Notes: generated by a model not told the origin, from the letters alone. DNA of 64,000 nucleotides from an uncultured Spirochaetota bacterium (GCA_963845535.1 CAWJSK010000015.1:320001-384000), one strand, 5' to 3'; positions 10,140 to 20,811 are shown, numbered from the stretch's first letter. A program made the numbers and translations.

Positions 10140-11818
10140 GAGCCATTGGCGTAGTTGGTAATTTTCATTGTGGCAATGACTTAGGGCGACACCGATTTTT
10201 CGATTACCCCGAAGAATGTTGAGTTTTTGCAGGATTGACCAGCAAAGTGCCAATTTCCCTGGGAATTGACCCCATTTTCGAAAAAAGAGGCCCCTCGCAG
10301 TCGCTTCCGTGCTACGATGAAGTGTCAAACAAACACCGTGCACAAGACTAGGAGGGGCACGATGGCAACTATATCACAGAAACAGCTTTTTCGGTGGGAT
10401 CAGATCGAGGCGCTGGGCGACCTGAGGCGATTGAAGTTGGTCCTGGACAATCTCCCTGACGAAGCGCTCATGAAAAAGCTCGAACAGCAACGGGATCGGG
10501 GCCGCGACGATTTTCCCATCCGAGCGATGTGGAACGCGTTGGTGGCCGGGGTGGTCTTTCAGCATCCCAGCGTCGAGGCGTTGCTGCGGGAGCTGAGACG
10601 CAACGCGCAGTTACGCCAACTGTGCGGCTTCGCTCTGGCCAAAGGGATAGAGGCCGTGCCCACCTCTTGGGCGTTCTCACGGTTTCTGGGGCAGGTGATA
10701 GCGCATCGGGCTGTGATCCGCGGGATGTTCGACACGTTGGTCGAGGGAGTGGCGCAGCTGCTGCCTGATTACGGGGAGAGTCTCGCGGTGGACGGCAAGG
10801 CGTTAGCCAGTTATGCGCGGGGCAAATCTGAACAGCCCGTTGATGAGAAACATCCCGATCGCCGCCGTGACAACGATGGCGAGTGGGAAGTCCATGAGTA
10901 CAGTGGCACGCACGAGGATGGCACGAAGTGGCAGACGGTGAAGAAATGGTTTGGCTACGCGATACACCTGGTGGTGGACAGCCACTACGAATTACCGGTG
11001 AGCTTCGCGGTAACACGGGCCAACGCAAGTGAGGTGGTGGAGGCTCACGGATTGTTAGAGCGGCTAGAAAAACAGCATCCCCAGATCGTTGAGCGCTGCG
11101 GGGAGTTGGCAGCCGACCGAGCGTACGACGACGGCAAACTGATCCGCAAGGTGTGGGACGACTGGCAGGCACTTCCGATCATCGATATCCGCAATCTCTG
11201 GCGCGATGGGGAAACCAGCAAGCTAGTCAGTGGATTGGAAAATGTCGTCTATGACTACTGCGGGACGGTGAGCTGCGTGTGTTTGAAAAGCGGCCGCCAG
11301 CGCGAGATGGCCTACGGGGGCTTTGAGCGCGATCGCATGACGCTGAAGTACCGCTGTCCAGCTCGGCACTATGGCTACGCCTGCGAGGGTCAGGATAGTT
11401 GTCCGGTGGGCAAGGCAGTGCGAATACCCCTTGAGACCGATCGGCGCGTGTTCACTCCGCTTGCCCGCAGCAGCTTGAAGTGGGAACGCTGCTACGACAA
11501 GCGCACTGCCGTCGAGCGGGTCAACAGCCGTTTGGACACGAGCTTCGGCTTCGAGAAGCATACCATCCGAGGGCTGACGAAAATGGATACCCGTTGCTGC
11601 TTGGCGCTTGTCGTGATGCTGGCGATGGCTGTGGGGCGAATCAAGGCTAACCAAGCGGAGAAGATGCGAAGCCTCGTGCAGGCCGCCTGAGCGGCGCCAC
11701 ACAATCGGCGAAGAGTAGATGACCGGGGGGCGGTCTGTCCATCAGACCGCGCACGGCTCCGTGATCGCTGAAAACAGAGCCAATCCAGGCTCCCTCAAGG
11801 CCTTACGCAGACGGACTC
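10140..11818 (+). mobile_element. Insertion sequence carrying the DDE transposase; ends tentative
   Basis: Imperfect inverted ends GAGCCATTGGCGTA (10140-10153) and TACGCAGACGGACTC (11804-11818) flank the transposase. Confidence 0.45.
10362..11690 (+). CDS. DDE transposase (IS5/IS1182-like, DUF772-type N-terminus)
   Basis: LAVDGK, KWFGYAIHLVVD, AADRAYDD, YDKRTAVERVNSRL. RBS AGGAGGGG before ATG 10362; ORF intact. Confidence 0.92.
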   Translation: MATISQKQLFRWDQIEALGDLRRLKLVLDNLPDEALMKKLEQQRDRGRDDFPIRAMWNALVAGVVFQHPSVEALLRELRRNAQLRQLCGFALAKGIEAVPTSWAFSRFLGQVIAHRAVIRGMFDTLVEGVAQLLPDYGESLAVDGKALASYARGKSEQPVDEKHPDRRRDNDGEWEVHEYSGTHEDGTKWQTVKKWFGYAIHLVVDSHYELPVSFAVTRANASEVVEAHGLLERLEKQHPQIVERCGELAADRAYDDGKLIRKVWDDWQALPIIDIRNLWRDGETSKLVSGLENVVYDYCGTVSCVCLKSGRQREMAYGGFERDRMTLKYRCPARHYGYACEGQDSCPVGKAVRIPLETDRRVFTPLARSSLKWERCYDKRTAVERVNSRLDTSFGFEKHTIRGLTKMDTRCCLALVVMLAMAVGRIKANQAEKMRSLVQAA

Positions 11819-12054
11819 GCCTCTTGCCTGACTGCACAATCGGCGGCGCTTGCTTGGCCGCCGGCCATCACTGACACCGCGCTCAGGCGGAATGGGCCAC
11901 AGCGCAAAAGCCTCGTTCGTATCTGCCTTGTATTCAAGACCGCAAGAGCGCATAATAAATTGGCTTGAAATGTCTTTGTGAAGGGCGTGGAGGCATGTAT
12001 GGGTCTTGAAAGCTCGGATTTCATAGCGCCTCTTGCTCCAAGCTACTCTATCGA

Positions 12055-12405
12055 AAAGGGACTGCCGGCCCTGCGAAGCTTTCGCTTTGAGATTGATGAG
12101 TACGAAGATGGGTATAGTAAGCTGCATTCGTTTCTGATCACTGAGTCCAACATGCCCGAGGCCGGAATGCTGGTTTGTCAACATGCTCTCTGCCATGGCT
12201 ATGGAGTTTCGCTAGAAAGCATCGTCACCGACATGTTGAAAGACAAGGTCAGAAACAGGGCTCTATCGAAAAAGTGCGGAGGGAAACTGACTTCTCCGAA
12301 AGGCCGAAGAGCACACGGGTTATGCAACCGATCGTTTGAGATCAAGGTTCATCTCGATCTCAAAACAAAATCCAGCTTTCCCGGTTGACCTATCGCTTCC
12401 TGCTT
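12055..12405 (+). repeat. 351-bp direct repeat, copy 1
   Basis: Matches 23185-23535 with 6 substitutions counted by eye and no gaps. Confidence 0.95.
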
Positions 12406-12910
12406 ATGGTTCCCCAAGGAGGACGATCATCTTCGCTCTCCCGCCGACCAGTGCCTGGGAACTCGCCACCGGACCCGCTGGGCAAGTAGCCCTCATACAA
12501 GGCAACGCGGTCATTACCAATTTAACGAGGGAAAGCTTACGCACCAAGGACTACGTCCTTCACGTGAGCACCGAGCACCCTGTCTTTGAAATTTGGATCC
12601 AGAACCCTCATGTCACGGGTTTGTACGCACGTTCGGTAAATGTGACCGACCTTACAATTCTTGATACAGAGGCTCTCACGACGATTCGTCGTTTCCTTCT
12701 GCGCGACGCGCATCGCAGAATGAATGCTCGATTCCCGGCTTAAAGGGCCCCAAAAAACGCCTTTTGTCATGGCGGTCATACCGAGGGTAAGTCGATTGCT
12801 CGCAAGCGCGGTTAGTACGGGGGCGGTCGTGGACAAAATCGGTGTATTCACCCAAAGTGAATCTTTGTATAGCTTAGTAGGCGTACGACGGAGGAGGGAG
12901 TACCCTAGTC

Positions 12911-13585
12911 ATGAGGGTCGCTCTGGTAGAAGATGACGAAAAAATCGCAGCTCTCATCGTAAAGGGGCTGCGGCAAGCAGGCTTTGCCGTTGACCACGCC
13001 GTAGATGGTGAAGACGGGCTTCGGCTCGCGATCTCCGAACCCTATGACGCCTGCATCGTCGATATCATGCTACCCAAACTTGACGGCTTGAGTCTCATAG
13101 CTGAGATGAGACGCCAAAAGGTAAGTACGCCAGTGATAATTCTGAGCGCGAAGCGTTCCGTCGATGAGCGGATTGAAGGACTTCAGAAAGGAGGCGACGA
13201 TTACCTTGTAAAGCCGTTCTCTTTTTCTGAGCTTCTCGCACGCGTGCAGGCGCTAATCCGTCGAAGCGGCCCCTCCCTCCTGCCGAGCCGCCTGGTGCTG
13301 GCAGATCTTCAGCTCGATCTCCTGACAAGGGAAGTTTTCCGAGGGAATCAAAAGATCGATTTGCAGCCGCGCGAGTTTGCCTTGCTGGAGTATCTGATGC
13401 GCAACTCAGGCAGGGTGGTTTCGAAAGCCATGGTCATGGAGCATGTCTGGAACTACGACTTCGACCCCCAGACAAACGTGGTCGATGTTCTTGTCTTCAG
13501 GCTGCGCAGCAAGATAGATCGTGATTTCGAAGCCAAGCTTGTCCATACCATCAGAGGCGTCGGTTATGTTCTGAAATCTGATTAG
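12911..13585 (+). CDS. OmpR-family response regulator (CusR/CzcR-like)
   Basis: LVEDD, DIMLPKLDG, DDYLVKPF, NVVDVLVFRLRSKID, HTIRGVGY. Confidence 0.95.
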   Translation: MRVALVEDDEKIAALIVKGLRQAGFAVDHAVDGEDGLRLAISEPYDACIVDIMLPKLDGLSLIAEMRRQKVSTPVIILSAKRSVDERIEGLQKGGDDYLVKPFSFSELLARVQALIRRSGPSLLPSRLVLADLQLDLLTREVFRGNQKIDLQPREFALLEYLMRNSGRVVSKAMVMEHVWNYDFDPQTNVVDVLVFRLRSKIDRDFEAKLVHTIRGVGYVLKSD

Positions 13586-13589
13586 CGCT

Positions 13590-14963
13590 TTGGAGCGACT
13601 TTGGAGACGCCGCCGGTCTTCAATTGTCGGGGAGAGTATGAGTCATTTGCATGAGAAGTCAATAACTTGGATCGGCCTCGGTGTTGGATTCGTGATCATT
13701 CTGCTCATAGCAGTCGCAAGCTATTACAATGAGCTACGTTACACCCAAACCAGCGATTGGCAAATCCACACGTACGATGTCATCCAGCGACTCCAGGTGA
13801 CATTCTCGATTCTGCAGGACGCGGAGACGGGGCAGCGCGGGTATGTTCTGACGGGCCAGACCAGCTACCTGCAGCCGTTCTATGAAGCTGTCGAGAAAAC
13901 ACGCAATGAAATCGCGGGTTTGTCCGAGTTGACATCCGACAATCCAAGCCAGCAAAAGCGGCTCGCCGAGATCCAGGCTCTTGTGGAAAAGAAGTTCGAC
14001 GAACTGCAGGAGACAATTTCGCTTCGCAAAGAGATGGGGCTGGAGGCTGCCCTTCAGATCGTCCGTACAGGCGAAGGAAAAGCTCTCATGGATTCTATCC
14101 GTCAGGTCATGGCCCAAATGCAAGGGGAGGAAGAAAGCCTCCTGAAGCAGCGTGAGAGGAGCTTGCAAGTCGAGGTCACCAATCGGCGAATAGGCATGAT
14201 TCTTGGCGGTATTGTTGCATTGTCGTTTTTCCTCCTCAGTGCCTTTCTCGCCCACAAGAACATGGTCCGAAAGCAGATTGAAGGCTTGAACAGACGAATG
14301 AAGGAATCCCTTGATAACGTCGCCCATGATCTAAGGACACCCCTTACGAGATTGAGAGGCAGGGCGGAACTGGCCTTACAAGGGCCCAATGATCCGCTGG
14401 TCTACCAAGAGGCCCTGTCGGATTGTCTGGAGGAATCGGAACAATTGATTCGGATGTTGAATACCTTCTTGGACATAGCCGAGGCCGAGACTGGGGCCAT
14501 GAGGCTGGCATCTGATCGGATCGACGTCTCTCGTCTCGTTTCAGACGTTCTGGAAGTGTATTCCTACCTTGCAAACAACAAGCATATCGACGTGAGTTTC
14601 GCGTGCCCGCAGAGTCTCTATCTTACGGCGGATCTCAGCAGAGTCCGACAGGCAATCGCCAACCTCGTTGATAACGCAATCAAGTACACGGGGGAAGGCG
14701 GAAGAGTTGAGGTGAATGTTCAACGAAAGGATGAAAATGTTGTAGTCGCCGTTAAGGACAATGGAATTGGCATCCCCATCGAAGAGATCCCCAGAATATG
14801 GGACCGTCTCTATCGTGGAGAAAAAAGCAGATCGCAGCGTGGACTGGGTCTGGGGCTCAGCTTCGTGAAGGCTGTTGTGCTCGCCCACAAGGGGGAGATC
14901 ACGGTGTCGAGCGAAGCGGGGCACGGTTCCACATTTCTCATCTCTCTGCCACAAGACATTTGA
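13590..14963 (+). CDS. Sensor histidine kinase: CHASE3 sensor + HisKA + HATPase
   Basis: DAETGQRGYVLTG...YLQPF (CHASE3); AHDLRTPL; NLVDNAIKY; DNGIGI; GLGLGLS. The start could be ATG 13638. Confidence 0.92.
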   Translation: MERLWRRRRSSIVGESMSHLHEKSITWIGLGVGFVIILLIAVASYYNELRYTQTSDWQIHTYDVIQRLQVTFSILQDAETGQRGYVLTGQTSYLQPFYEAVEKTRNEIAGLSELTSDNPSQQKRLAEIQALVEKKFDELQETISLRKEMGLEAALQIVRTGEGKALMDSIRQVMAQMQGEEESLLKQRERSLQVEVTNRRIGMILGGIVALSFFLLSAFLAHKNMVRKQIEGLNRRMKESLDNVAHDLRTPLTRLRGRAELALQGPNDPLVYQEALSDCLEESEQLIRMLNTFLDIAEAETGAMRLASDRIDVSRLVSDVLEVYSYLANNKHIDVSFACPQSLYLTADLSRVRQAIANLVDNAIKYTGEGGRVEVNVQRKDENVVVAVKDNGIGIPIEEIPRIWDRLYRGEKSRSQRGLGLGLSFVKAVVLAHKGEITVSSEAGHGSTFLISLPQDI

Positions 14964-15017
14964 CCCTTTGGCCTGTTGCCAACAACGCGCTGTCGGATTT
15001 CTAAACCTTTCCAAATT

Positions 15018-15044
15018 GTAATTCTCCGGAAATGTCCGGGTAAT
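15018..15044 (+). promoter_or_regulatory. Candidate OmpR-family response-regulator binding site
   Basis: GTAAT/GAAAT/GTAAT at 15018, 15029 and 15040 (11-bp spacing), directly after the two-component genes. Confidence 0.45.
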
Positions 15045-15109
15045 CCTCCCTGGCTACCGTGTAGGCATCAACCGTAGAGGTTGTGACTACAAGATTGAGG
15101 AGGAACAGA

Positions 15110-15652
15110 ATGAAACGCGGCATGGGTGCACTCTTGGCGACCATTTGTTTGGCCATGGAGATGACACTCCTCTCATCGCCAGCGTTTGCTCAAGAAGGAG
15201 GACCTGGCATGGGAAGACCGGATTTCAATATGGTCCCGGCGATCACAGCCGACCAGGCTGTGAACATCGTGAAAGCTTCCCTTCCCAAGGTTAAGGCTGG
15301 CAAGTTCTGGGTGTGGACAGCCCCGAGAGGTGACACCAAGGCCAAAGTGGCGCTGACCTTAGAAGGAAGGATCGTGTCACACGTGGAATTGAACCCGGCT
15401 ACCAGCGACATCTTGGCAAGCGGACAGAATGTATTCGACAACCAAGTTTCTCCGGACCAAAACCGGGCAATAAGCAAAGTACGGGAGATTTTACCAAGCC
15501 TGCAAGTCGCCGCTGCAAGAATGGCTCCCGAGGGCGAATGGAAGGTTGAATTGGCGCTCAACAACGCCGTGGTCGCGGAAATCGATGTCAACGGTCGTGA
15601 CGGCTCAATCCTCACGGACTGGGGAGCAAGTAGAGAAGCGACTCTATTCTAA
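15110..15652 (+). CDS. Secreted protein with two PepSY-like repeats
   Basis: Signal peptide ending AFA; ITADQAVNIV...VELNPATSDIL and WKVEL...IDVNGRDGSIL. RBS GAGGAGG. Confidence 0.6.
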   Translation: MKRGMGALLATICLAMEMTLLSSPAFAQEGGPGMGRPDFNMVPAITADQAVNIVKASLPKVKAGKFWVWTAPRGDTKAKVALTLEGRIVSHVELNPATSDILASGQNVFDNQVSPDQNRAISKVREILPSLQVAAARMAPEGEWKVELALNNAVVAEIDVNGRDGSILTDWGASREATLF

Positions 15653-15730
15653 GGTCCGTTGTAATCGGAGGCGCACAGTTGGCCACCTCCGCCAAGAGGT
15701 TCAACGAATCCAGGAAAAAGGGGCCCAGAC

Positions 15731-16295
15731 ATGAGTTTCACGATTCTGGCAAGCACGGCGTGGAAGGCTCTTCATAGGAAGCCAAGCCGATCGCTTCTTA
15801 CCATGCTCGGGGTTATCATAGGCGTCTTCGCGGTTATCTCTTCGATGGCAATCGGGGCCGGAGCCCGGGCAGCCGTTCTTAGACAAATTGAAAGCCTCGG
15901 AAGCAATCGCGTCACAATTACGCCGGGAAGCGTCACCAGCGGCGGAGTTCGCCACGGAGCCGGTTCTCGGATCACCCTGAGAGTTGATGACGCCGCGGCC
16001 ATCGCTACCGATGTGCCGGAGATCGCCGCTGTCGCGCCCTACTCCGAGATGCCCTTCCAGGTGGTGGCCGGCGTTGCCAACTGGTACACCATGATCGGCG
16101 GAACGAGACCTGCATGGCTCCTTGTGGGGAATTGGAGTATGGCCGAAGGAACTTTCATCACAGACGAGGATGTGACAGGCGTCGCGAAAGCCGCGGTGCT
16201 TGGCATCCGCCGGGGTCACAGGCGTCGTCTTTGGATTCTATCCGGCTCAGCGCGCTTCAGCCCTCGATCCGACCGACGCGCTCCGCTACGAATAG
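15731..16295 (+). pseudogene. MacB-like ABC permease with a large internal deletion
   Basis: N-terminus RSLLTMLGVIIGV...IESLGSN is joined out of frame at ~16205 to the MacB C-terminal tail GVVFGFYPAQRASALDPTDALRYE*. Confidence 0.85.
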
Positions 16296-16417
16296 AAGGC
16301 AAGCGATGACTTCCCTGTATCGATCTGACGTGACGGAGTCTGAGCTCGATTGCCCGTCTGACTCTTCCTGCTCGGTTGCCGAGAGCTCGGTGGCGGCTCA
16401 CAAGGTGATCAGTCTCC

Positions 16418-17689
16418 ATGCTTAAGATGATTCTTGGCGGAATCATTTTCATCGCCACGCTTATCGTCATCATGGTCAGGCCATATCGGGTGAACGAGGC
16501 TCTGGCGGCAGCGGGCGGCGCCATCTTGATGCTCATCGGTGGGTTCGTTGGCTTTCGCGAAGCAGCCACGATGCTCATAGGTCAGTGGAACACCCTCGGA
16601 TTCTTTCTCGGCTTGATGGTCATTTCCGCCGTTGCCGAGGACGCGGGTGTTTTCGAGGCGCTTGCCTACCAGGCGACTCGATGGGGTAAGGGAAACGCTG
16701 CTCGGCTGTATGTGGCGATCTTTCTGGTTGGGACGATCATCAGCGCCTTTCTTTCAAACGACGCAACCGCCTTGATCCTTACACCTGTTGTCTATGCGCT
16801 CGTGACACGACTCCGGCTGCCCGTTCTCCCTTTCATGTTCGCCTGCACGTTCATCGCGGACACCGCATCGTTCGTGCTGCCCGTAAGCAATCCCATCAAC
16901 ATCCTGATTCTTCATTCCTATGGAGGAGGGCTCGCGATCTTCCTCCGCTACCTTGCGGTTCCCAGCCTTTCCGCCATCACGCTGAATTGCCTGTTGTTTC
17001 TTTTGCTTTTCCGCCGCGATCTTACCCAAGATTACATCGTGCCAGAAAAGCCCCGACTTCGACCTGCCGACTCCATGTACTTGATAGTCGCATCCTGCAC
17101 GCTCGCCCTCATCGCCGCATCATATCTTGCGGCTTCCTCAACGGGCGTGCCGCTTTCGTTCGTAGCTCTTGGAGGCGCGGCTCTCATGGTTGCATCTTCA
17201 CTGCTATTGGGGCGTCTGCACCCACGTGCCTTGGTAAGGAAAATCTCCTGGCTGCTTTTCATCTTCATCGGTGGAATGTTTGTCATTATTCGCGCGGTGG
17301 AGAATCTCGGTTTCACTGCCCTGTTTGGTCGTTGGCTTCTTGGCCTTGCGGCTGGCCATTCCCTGGCCGCCATTCTCCTGGTGGCAGGTGGGACCGCGCT
17401 TGGCGCCAATCTTATCAACAACGTACCAATGGCGCTTGTTATGATTTCCGCGCTGCACGGTCTCCCGCACGGTACTCCTGGATACGAGTCGTTGGCCTAC
17501 GCCGCCATGTTCGGGGCTGACCTTGGTCCTAACTTGACGACAATTGGCTCGCTTGCGACAATACTTTGGCTTCTGATCCTTCGGCGCAAGGGATTGGAAG
17601 TTTCAACGTTGGAGTATTTCAAGCTGGGAGTCACGTTCGTCCCCGCTCTGATTGTGATAGGCTCTCTGCTGATATGGGCCCGATTGTAA
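16418..17689 (+). CDS. ArsB/NhaD-family permease (ArsB-like)
   Basis: SNDATALILTPVV, ADTASFVLPVSNPIN, NLINNVP, DLGPNLTTIGSLATILW. Confidence 0.85.
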   Translation: MLKMILGGIIFIATLIVIMVRPYRVNEALAAAGGAILMLIGGFVGFREAATMLIGQWNTLGFFLGLMVISAVAEDAGVFEALAYQATRWGKGNAARLYVAIFLVGTIISAFLSNDATALILTPVVYALVTRLRLPVLPFMFACTFIADTASFVLPVSNPINILILHSYGGGLAIFLRYLAVPSLSAITLNCLLFLLLFRRDLTQDYIVPEKPRLRPADSMYLIVASCTLALIAASYLAASSTGVPLSFVALGGAALMVASSLLLGRLHPRALVRKISWLLFIFIGGMFVIIRAVENLGFTALFGRWLLGLAAGHSLAAILLVAGGTALGANLINNVPMALVMISALHGLPHGTPGYESLAYAAMFGADLGPNLTTIGSLATILWLLILRRKGLEVSTLEYFKLGVTFVPALIVIGSLLIWARL

Positions 17690-17721
17690 ATCTTTAGGGG
17701 CTGCGAATCGGAGGTGGCTGA

Positions 17722-18186
17722 ATGCGTGTCCTGTGCGCAATAGGAATACGACGGGGTGCGGAGCTGGTAAAGCGCGTCAGCGGTATCCTGCGACCAGGCG
17801 ATGACCTTGTTCTTGTGCATGTCCTGGACACCGGACCTCGCCATGACCTGAACCACCTTGAAGGTACCCTACGTCCTCATCATTTGCAGCAGGAGGAACT
17901 CGACACCGCGGAGCATGAGACGGGTAGTGAAGCTCTAAAGGAGGCAAGCGAGGAGGCGAGCCGAGCTGGAATGCACTTCACAACAAGACTGGTGCGAGGA
18001 AGGCCGGAACACGTCATTGTCTCCTTGGCGGAGGAAATCGAAGTAAACATGGTCGCACTCTTTGCTCGCGAGCGACCTCGCGGCCATCCCGTGCAAGGAC
18101 CTCCTTCAGTCGGTCACACTGCGCGCTTCATTATTGATCATGCGCCAGTTGATGTGGTGGTTTTCCGCGAGAGGCTGGAAGGTTAG
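17722..18186 (+). CDS. Universal stress protein
   Basis: LVLVHVLD, GRPEHVIV, GHTARFIIDHAPVDVVV. Confidence 0.85.
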   Translation: MRVLCAIGIRRGAELVKRVSGILRPGDDLVLVHVLDTGPRHDLNHLEGTLRPHHLQQEELDTAEHETGSEALKEASEEASRAGMHFTTRLVRGRPEHVIVSLAEEIEVNMVALFARERPRGHPVQGPPSVGHTARFIIDHAPVDVVVFRERLEG

Positions 18187-18532
18187 CGCGATTTCAAGGA
18201 TATGCCGAAAATCCTTTATACCAGCGCGAGGCACCCAGTCTTGGAATCGGGATCCAGGACGCCTATTTCACAGGTGTCTGTACCCTCTTCCCCGCTTCTT
18301 CAATCTCGAACACAGTACTGCAATCGGGGCAACGTACCTGTCACGCGCTGGCACCTTCCACAACCAGGGGACGCGACCCTCTTAGAAGTCAGAAATGGCC
18401 CTCTATGCGCCACGAATGCCGAGAAGATCGTCTCAGCGCCGAAAAACCGAGGGCTGATCGAAACCACCGTGGTGAAAGGGGACTCAGGGCTCGGAGGACA
18501 TCGCTGGGCACCTTTGAGGCGCTTTTCCTGCC

Positions 18533-19972
18533 TCATAGCCGGGCCCAGGCGGCCCCGAGCTCGGCGGCGGCGGAACGACCGCGCTCGTCCATCTCGGCAA
18601 CCGCCGCGTCGATCCGTGCCATCGCCGCCGCAACAGCACCGTACACGGATGCCATCCCATCTGGCGCGGGACCTCCCGGGGTCTTCCTCACCGCGACGAA
18701 GCGTTCGGGCTCCAGTGCTTCATCGATCTCCTGGTCCGAAAGGGGGAGCTCCTTGCCCACCATCTCCCTGAAGGCCTCTCGCAGCCGGGTCTTGTCGTAC
18801 CCCGAACGGACGAAAGCGGCGCAGGCATGATGCGCGCTTTGGAAGCTGATGCCGCAGGCACGGACCATGGTGTCCGCGAGCTCGGTCGTCGTCACCCCGA
18901 AGGTGAGCGCTATCTCACGGGTGCGCGGCTGGCTGGAAGCGACCTTGCTGACCGCCAGCTCCAGGAGTGCCACGCAGGAGCGCGCCTGGGAAAGCGACTC
19001 GAGGAACTCGCTCACCGGAGCGTCCGCTGCCTCGTTCACGTCCTGGTAGGGAACGTTCCGGAAGAGACGCACGATCGAATCGCAGGCTCCCGCCGCGAGC
19101 CCCGCCTGGATGCGTATGTGCTCGAGGATCACCGGGTTTCGCTTTTGCGGCATGATGCTGCTTGTCTGCACAAGATCGTCGGGGAACACGAGGAGCCCCA
19201 CTTCGGCGGCTGCCTTGTGAAGCATATCGGTGACAAGGCGCCCGGTGTCGGAGAGGATGAGCTGCAGCGCCTGGGCGGGAGTGGTCAGCCAATGCGATGT
19301 CGCGATGGCCTGGTAGCTGTTGGGGACGGGAGAGCTGAAACCCAGGAGATGAGAGGTACGGTCACGGTCGATGGCGAACCCCGTGGCGGTGATCGCGCAG
19401 GCCCCGAGGGGGCAGTGGTCGGTGGATCCCATGGCCGTGACGAGGGACTCGGTCCCTTCCAGGAAATCGAGGAGGAACGCGCTCAGGTAGTGGGCCATCG
19501 TCGAGACGTTGGCGGGCTGCCCGTGCGTGGAGAGGATGGTGAGCTCACTCTCGCCGGCGCGAGCGCGCTGAAGGATTGTCCTTGCACAAGAGGCCAGGTG
19601 GCCCACGAGATCGCGGAGTTCGCGCTTCAGGGCGAGCCTGAAGACAGTGGTGTCCATGTCGTTTCGGCTGCGCGCCGTGTGCAGAGAAGCGGCGCTCCCC
19701 GCCCCGTGACGATCGAGCTCCTTCTCGTAGAAGAAGGAAAGGTCTTCCAATCCCTCGGGGATGTGATCCGGGAATGCTGTGCCAGCCTCGATACCGACCA
19801 TGGAGGCTTTTATCGCCGCCGCGGCCGTCCGGGACACGATGCCGGTCTCCTCGAGCATGATGAGGTGGGCCTTGTGCACGGCAAGCAGGTCGCCGTAGTA
19901 GAGCCTCTTCCAGTTCCGGTAGCCCGGGTCAAGGACGTGCTCGACGTAGACGCGCGAGAAAGTGACGCTCAT
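18533..19972 (-). CDS. Argininosuccinate-lyase-like C-N lyase (aspartase/fumarase superfamily)
   Basis: HTARSRND, THGQPA, SSIMPQKRNP. True start ATG 19972; the longer called ORF overlaps the permease. Confidence 0.9.
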   Translation of the reverse strand: MSVTFSRVYVEHVLDPGYRNWKRLYYGDLLAVHKAHLIMLEETGIVSRTAAAAIKASMVGIEAGTAFPDHIPEGLEDLSFFYEKELDRHGAGSAASLHTARSRNDMDTTVFRLALKRELRDLVGHLASCARTILQRARAGESELTILSTHGQPANVSTMAHYLSAFLLDFLEGTESLVTAMGSTDHCPLGACAITATGFAIDRDRTSHLLGFSSPVPNSYQAIATSHWLTTPAQALQLILSDTGRLVTDMLHKAAAEVGLLVFPDDLVQTSSIMPQKRNPVILEHIRIQAGLAAGACDSIVRLFRNVPYQDVNEAADAPVSEFLESLSQARSCVALLELAVSKVASSQPRTREIALTFGVTTTELADTMVRACGISFQSAHHACAAFVRSGYDKTRLREAFREMVGKELPLSDQEIDEALEPERFVAVRKTPGGPAPDGMASVYGAVAAAMARIDAAVAEMDERGRSAAAELGAAWARL

Positions 19973-19977
19973 AGACA

Positions 19978-20811
19978 CTACCCCTTCAGCCCGGTGAGTG
20001 CGATGCCTTTGACGATCTGTTTCTGGAAAATCAGGAAAACGATGACCAGGGGCAGCATGGAGACCGTGGCGGCGGTCATGATGGACTGCCAGTTGCTGCC
20101 TGCCTCGCCGGAGAAGTTGGCGAGCCCGACGGGGAGGGTGAACATACGCGGCGTTGCCGCCGCTATCAGGGGCCAGAGGAAGGCGTTCCAGTTGCCGATG
20201 AAGTTGAAGATCGCGAGGATCGCGAGGGCCGGCGTTACAAGGGGGAGGACGACGGTGAAGAAGATCCGCAGCTCCCCCTTCCCGTCGACCCGCGCCGCGT
20301 CGATGAGGTCGTCCGGCATCGTCCCCATGAACTGGCGCATCAGGAAGACGCCGAAGGCACTGATCATGCCCGGAAACATGATGCCCCAGTAGCTGTTGAC
20401 CCACTTCAGTGCCCTGGCCAGCGCGTACCAGGGGATCACGAGCATCTCGGTCGGGATCATGAGCGTGCTGATGATGAGGAGGAAGATGACCCGTTTGCCG
20501 GGAAACCGAAACTTGGCGAGGGTGTAACCGATGAGCGAATCGAAGAGCAGCACGGACACCGTCGTGGCCACCCCGACAATCGCGCTGTTGAGAAACCATT
20601 GGGGGAAGCGGGAGCTTCGGGACAGGACGATGGAGACGTAGTTGTCGAGGGTAGGGTGTGCGGGGAAGAGCGTCATTTCGTAGATCTGCGTCGCGTCCTT
20701 GAAGCTCGACAGGAGCATCCAGAGGAAGGGGAAGAGCATGATCACCGAGAGGAGCGACAATACCACGTAGGCTGGGGCAACAGCTGGTGTGCGTCCCTTC
20801 ATTACTGCCAC
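19978..20811 (-). CDS. Carbohydrate (CUT1) ABC permease, MalG-type
   Basis: LIDAARVDG (EAA loop), WNAFLWPLI, FQKQIVKGI. Confidence 0.93.
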   Translation of the reverse strand: MAVMKGRTPAVAPAYVVLSLLSVIMLFPFLWMLLSSFKDATQIYEMTLFPAHPTLDNYVSIVLSRSSRFPQWFLNSAIVGVATTVSVLLFDSLIGYTLAKFRFPGKRVIFLLIISTLMIPTEMLVIPWYALARALKWVNSYWGIMFPGMISAFGVFLMRQFMGTMPDDLIDAARVDGKGELRIFFTVVLPLVTPALAILAIFNFIGNWNAFLWPLIAAATPRMFTLPVGLANFSGEAGSNWQSIMTAATVSMLPLVIVFLIFQKQIVKGIALTGLKG

